Shown piece by piece: positions 60,696-64,000 of a stretch of DNA of 64,000 bases. Within the stretch, counting starts at the first letter, position 1; each line of letters opens with the position of its first letter. The DNA lies in assembly GCA_964016885.1 (NCBI GenBank), contig OZ024742.1, positions 84,878,001 to 84,942,000 of the forward strand. Reading direction: 5' to 3'. This DNA is from Eledone cirrhosa. Its lineage: Eukaryota. The notes under the pieces were generated by a model. It was not told where the DNA came from and did not search any database. It was given only the letters and a program-made list of their open reading frames with translations. The translations under genes and the position numbers were made by a program.

Positions 60696-60879
60696 GGCGG
60701 TGGATGGCAGTATCGGTAGAGGGTCTGACGCCATGCTTTGCAGCAAAGAGTTACGCCCCTTTATGGTTTGAGTTCAAATCCCGCCGAGGTTAACTTTGCC
60801 TTTCATCCTTACGGGGTCGATAAAATAAAGTACCAGTAATGCACTGGAAAATTGCAGGCCTTGTGCCAAAAGTAGAAAC
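60696..60879 (+). mobile_element. tRNA-derived SINE in (TAA)n between the two Dong copies
   Basis: Same family as 2504-2686. Confidence 0.82.
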
Positions 60880-60916
60880 AATTATTATTATTATTATTAT
60901 TATTGTTATTGTTATT

Positions 60917-63900
60917 CCTTGAATCTCAGTCATTGATGTTGGTTAACTGGAAAGTCCGTTGGAATGAATATCAAGCCACTACCTGCAGCCTCAGATATTC
61001 AGGACGTATCGGAGGGTTCTTGCTGTTCCAAGCAAGCATGCCTTTTGAAGCGTTCCAAAAAGCGTGAAGGGGCCGATTTTCTTTAACCATCCCTGGAAAC
61101 TTTTGGAGATAGTCCCCAGTGCGCCTATGACAATCGGGATCACTTTGACTTCATGGGAGTTCCAAATCCTTTTCATCTCCCACTTTAGGTCCTGGTATCG
61201 GTTAATTTTCTCCCTCTCCTTCTCTTGCACTCTCGTGTCGAACGAGCAGGCCACATCCACAATCAGGCACGATCTTTTTTCTTTGTCCACAACCACCAGG
61301 TCAGGTCTATTGTGTTCCAGTTTTTTGTCCGTCTGTATCCTAAAATCCCACAGCACCTTCACCTGATTGTTCTCCATCACCGCCTCTGGCCTATGCTCAT
61401 ACCATTTCTCAGAATGTGGTAGATGGTTTACTTTGCACAGGTGCCAGTGGATCACCCTGCCCATCACATCGTGTCTCCAGCCCTTATAGTGGGTCTGGGC
61501 TAGGTGTTTACACTCGGACACAATGTGAGCCACAGTCTCCTCTCTCTCTCCACAGATTCTGCACAGTGGGCTAGCCTCCTCCTTGTAGATATGGTGCTTC
61601 AACCACTTCGTTTTGAGGGCCTGCTCCTGCGCAGCCATTAGCATTCCTTCTGTAGCCTTTTTGAGGTCTCCTCTTCTCAACCAGTTCCATGTCTGTGGAT
61701 CTCTAAAATTCAGTTTTCTCAAAGAAGGTACTATGAAGGGATTTTCCCTTAAGGCTGCTCTTCCTCCTTGATGTTATTTCCTCCCTGGACATCCCCTGGC
61801 CTACTGTCCCCTCCTTCAGTACAGTTCTGAGCATTGGCTCCTTACTATAGGTCACGTATTTGTATAGGTTGTTTTTCTCCATCTGAACACAGTCCTCTAT
61901 GCTGATAAGACCTCTTCCACCCTCAGATCTCCTTAGGTAGAGTCTATCGACATCACTCCTCTTGTGGAACATGTTGTAGATAGTCAATAGCTTCCTAGTC
62001 TTCCTATCCATTTCTTTTTGTTCAGCAACATTCCATCTCAGAATTCCCGCACTGTACCTAATAATAGACACAGCTCGGGAATTTACTGCGCTTATGGCAT
62101 TTCTGCTGTTCAGATGTGACTTCAATACGCTCCTTACTCTCCTAATGTATTCAGTTCTTAACAATTCCTTCATTTTTTTGTTCTTTATGCCATCAGCCTC
62201 CAGAACGCCCAAATACTTGTATCCTTCCTCAGAGTCAATTTCCTTTATCATCTCACCTGTTGGTATCTGGATCCCGTTACTTCTGCTCAACCTACCCCTC
62301 TTCATCACAATGACTCCACATTTACCAATACCAAACTGCATATATATATCACTGCTGAAAATACGGACAGTGTCAACAAGCACATCCAACTCCTTCTCAC
62401 TTTTCCCGAAGAGCTTAAGATCGTCCATGAAGAGGAGGTGATTGATGGTAAGCTCTCCCCTTCCCAACGTGTATCCTGCGCTCACTTTTCGCAGCATAAT
62501 GGTCAAGGGCATCAGGGCAAGGACAAACAACAGAGGGGACAGGCTATCTCCCTGGAAGATACCTCTCTTGATCTTCACGCTTCCCAAGGATACTCCAGTT
62601 GATGTCAACTCTGTCTCCCAGGATCCCATACTCCTGCCTAGCAACTGTCTGATGTTATCCGCCACCTTGAAGATCTCCAGGCTTTTGGTGATCCAGGAAT
62701 GAGGCACCATGTCAAATGCCTTTCTGTAGTCTATCCATCCCATGGCAAGATCAGTGTGTCTCCTCCTGCAATTCCCCATTACCATCTTATCAATAAGCAA
62801 CTGGTCCTTTGACCACGTGACTTCTTTCGGCATCCTTTCTGTTCGTCCGGTAACAAGTTGTTTGTGTGGAGGTGATGGTAGATTTCCTCAGACACAATGC
62901 TCGTCAACAGTTTCCACATTACGGGCAGACATGTGATAGGTCTATAGTTGGTAGCATCATTACCCTTGATTCGGTCTTTCATTATCAGAACTGTGGTACC
63001 TTTTGTCAACCACTCTGGCACCTCACCCGACACCAAGCAGTCATTGAACATGGCCGTCAGCTTCGGGTGGAGGGATGTTAGATGTTTAATCCAATACCCC
63101 TGCACACCATCTGGGCCTGGTGATTTCCAGTTGGTTAGTTTTTTGGCTTGCCCCTTAAGAGTTTCAACTGTGATACTCAAATCAGTCTGTTGCTGTGCCT
63201 GCTCACCGATCTCCCTCTGTACTGTCTCAATCCACCCTGCCTGGGCATTGTGTCTAACATCCTGCTCCCATATTCCTCTCCAGAATGTTTTAGTTTGTTC
63301 CGCCCCAGGGATCAAGTCGTTGCCTCTTTCTTTGCCCTCAAGCTGTCCAAACAGCATCTTCTGGTTGTTGTCGAACATGCGGTTCTGTTTATACTGACTG
63401 ACTCTGTTCTCGTATCGCCTGATTTTTGCACTCTTTGCTACAATGCGTTGCTTCAATTCCTCTATGATAATATTTAGCTTTTTACTCCTAGTTTTGTATT
63501 TTATTTCCAGTCTATTTTTAGTGCCTATGTTTTTTAGTGTCCCATTCAGTAGTGACTCAAGCTTTCCTATGTCATTTCTCATTTCCCCGATTTGCCCACT
63601 CAGTCGCTTCTTCCACCACGGCTCTGCTCTTTCTTGTCTGTTGTTTCCTCTCGCTTTTATACCAAGTAGTTTCCTCACCGTATTTGCTGTTGCTCTGAGG
63701 ATATTGTTGCACTGGTGAAGGCTCCTCGCCTCAAGGTATGGGATGACTTTCTTTACCTTAGCTGTTGTTTCTTTTAACTTTTTCCTGTCTACAAATCTTA
63801 GGTTCATAGGTCTCCCACTATCATTGTTCAATTCATCTACTACTAAATTTAGGATGTCAACCGAATCTTGTCCTAGCCCGTCAGCATTCATCTCCTCAGT

Positions 63901-64000
63901 GGCCGTATCTCTGTTCCAGGTATTATTTATCTCAGTACTCAGATCATTGTCTGCTTCGGGTGGTTCCTCCGTTCTCAGGACCTCCTCACCTTCATTTCCC
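60917..64000 (-). mobile_element. R4/Dong-like element, family B copy 2 (runs off the window edge)
   Basis: ORF pieces 62779-63891, 61703-62833 and 60991-61722, highly similar to copy 1; same 3' UTR and (TAA)n tail. Confidence 0.9.

Noticed and set aside
57124-63718. Plus-strand ORFs overlapping the LINE ORFs (also 15415-17141)
   Set aside because: They are antisense shadows of the retrotransposon coding sequence.

Overview
AT-rich animal genomic DNA. It is most likely an octopus (inferred from the tRNA-derived SINE family and the very high (TA)n density). No host exon is recognisable; nearly all of the window is microsatellites and transposon debris. It holds two large Penelope-like elements (PLEs, RT plus C-terminal GIY-YIG): a Hydra-type copy at 11.3-15.2 kb and a Neptune-type copy with ~1.2 kb inverted repeats at 23.6-29.6 kb. 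It also holds several PLE 3' remnants, about eight short fold-back insertions in (TA)n that mostly carry outward-facing minimal type I hammerhead ribozymes, an RTE LINE with a 12-bp TSD, three R4/Dong-like RLE elements in (TAA)n, CRE, Tx1 and RTE-like fragments, a DD37D mariner, a Tc1 fragment and SINEs. The most unusual signal is a ~100-nt RNA motif present five times (20.3, 30.2, 32.8, 34.3, 34.6 kb). It contains all hammerhead core strands in a permuted, doubly pseudoknotted order, has a canonical kink-turn in stem III, and shows compensatory changes in every outer helix. Coordinates were read by eye: about +/-5 nt for motifs and more for element ends.
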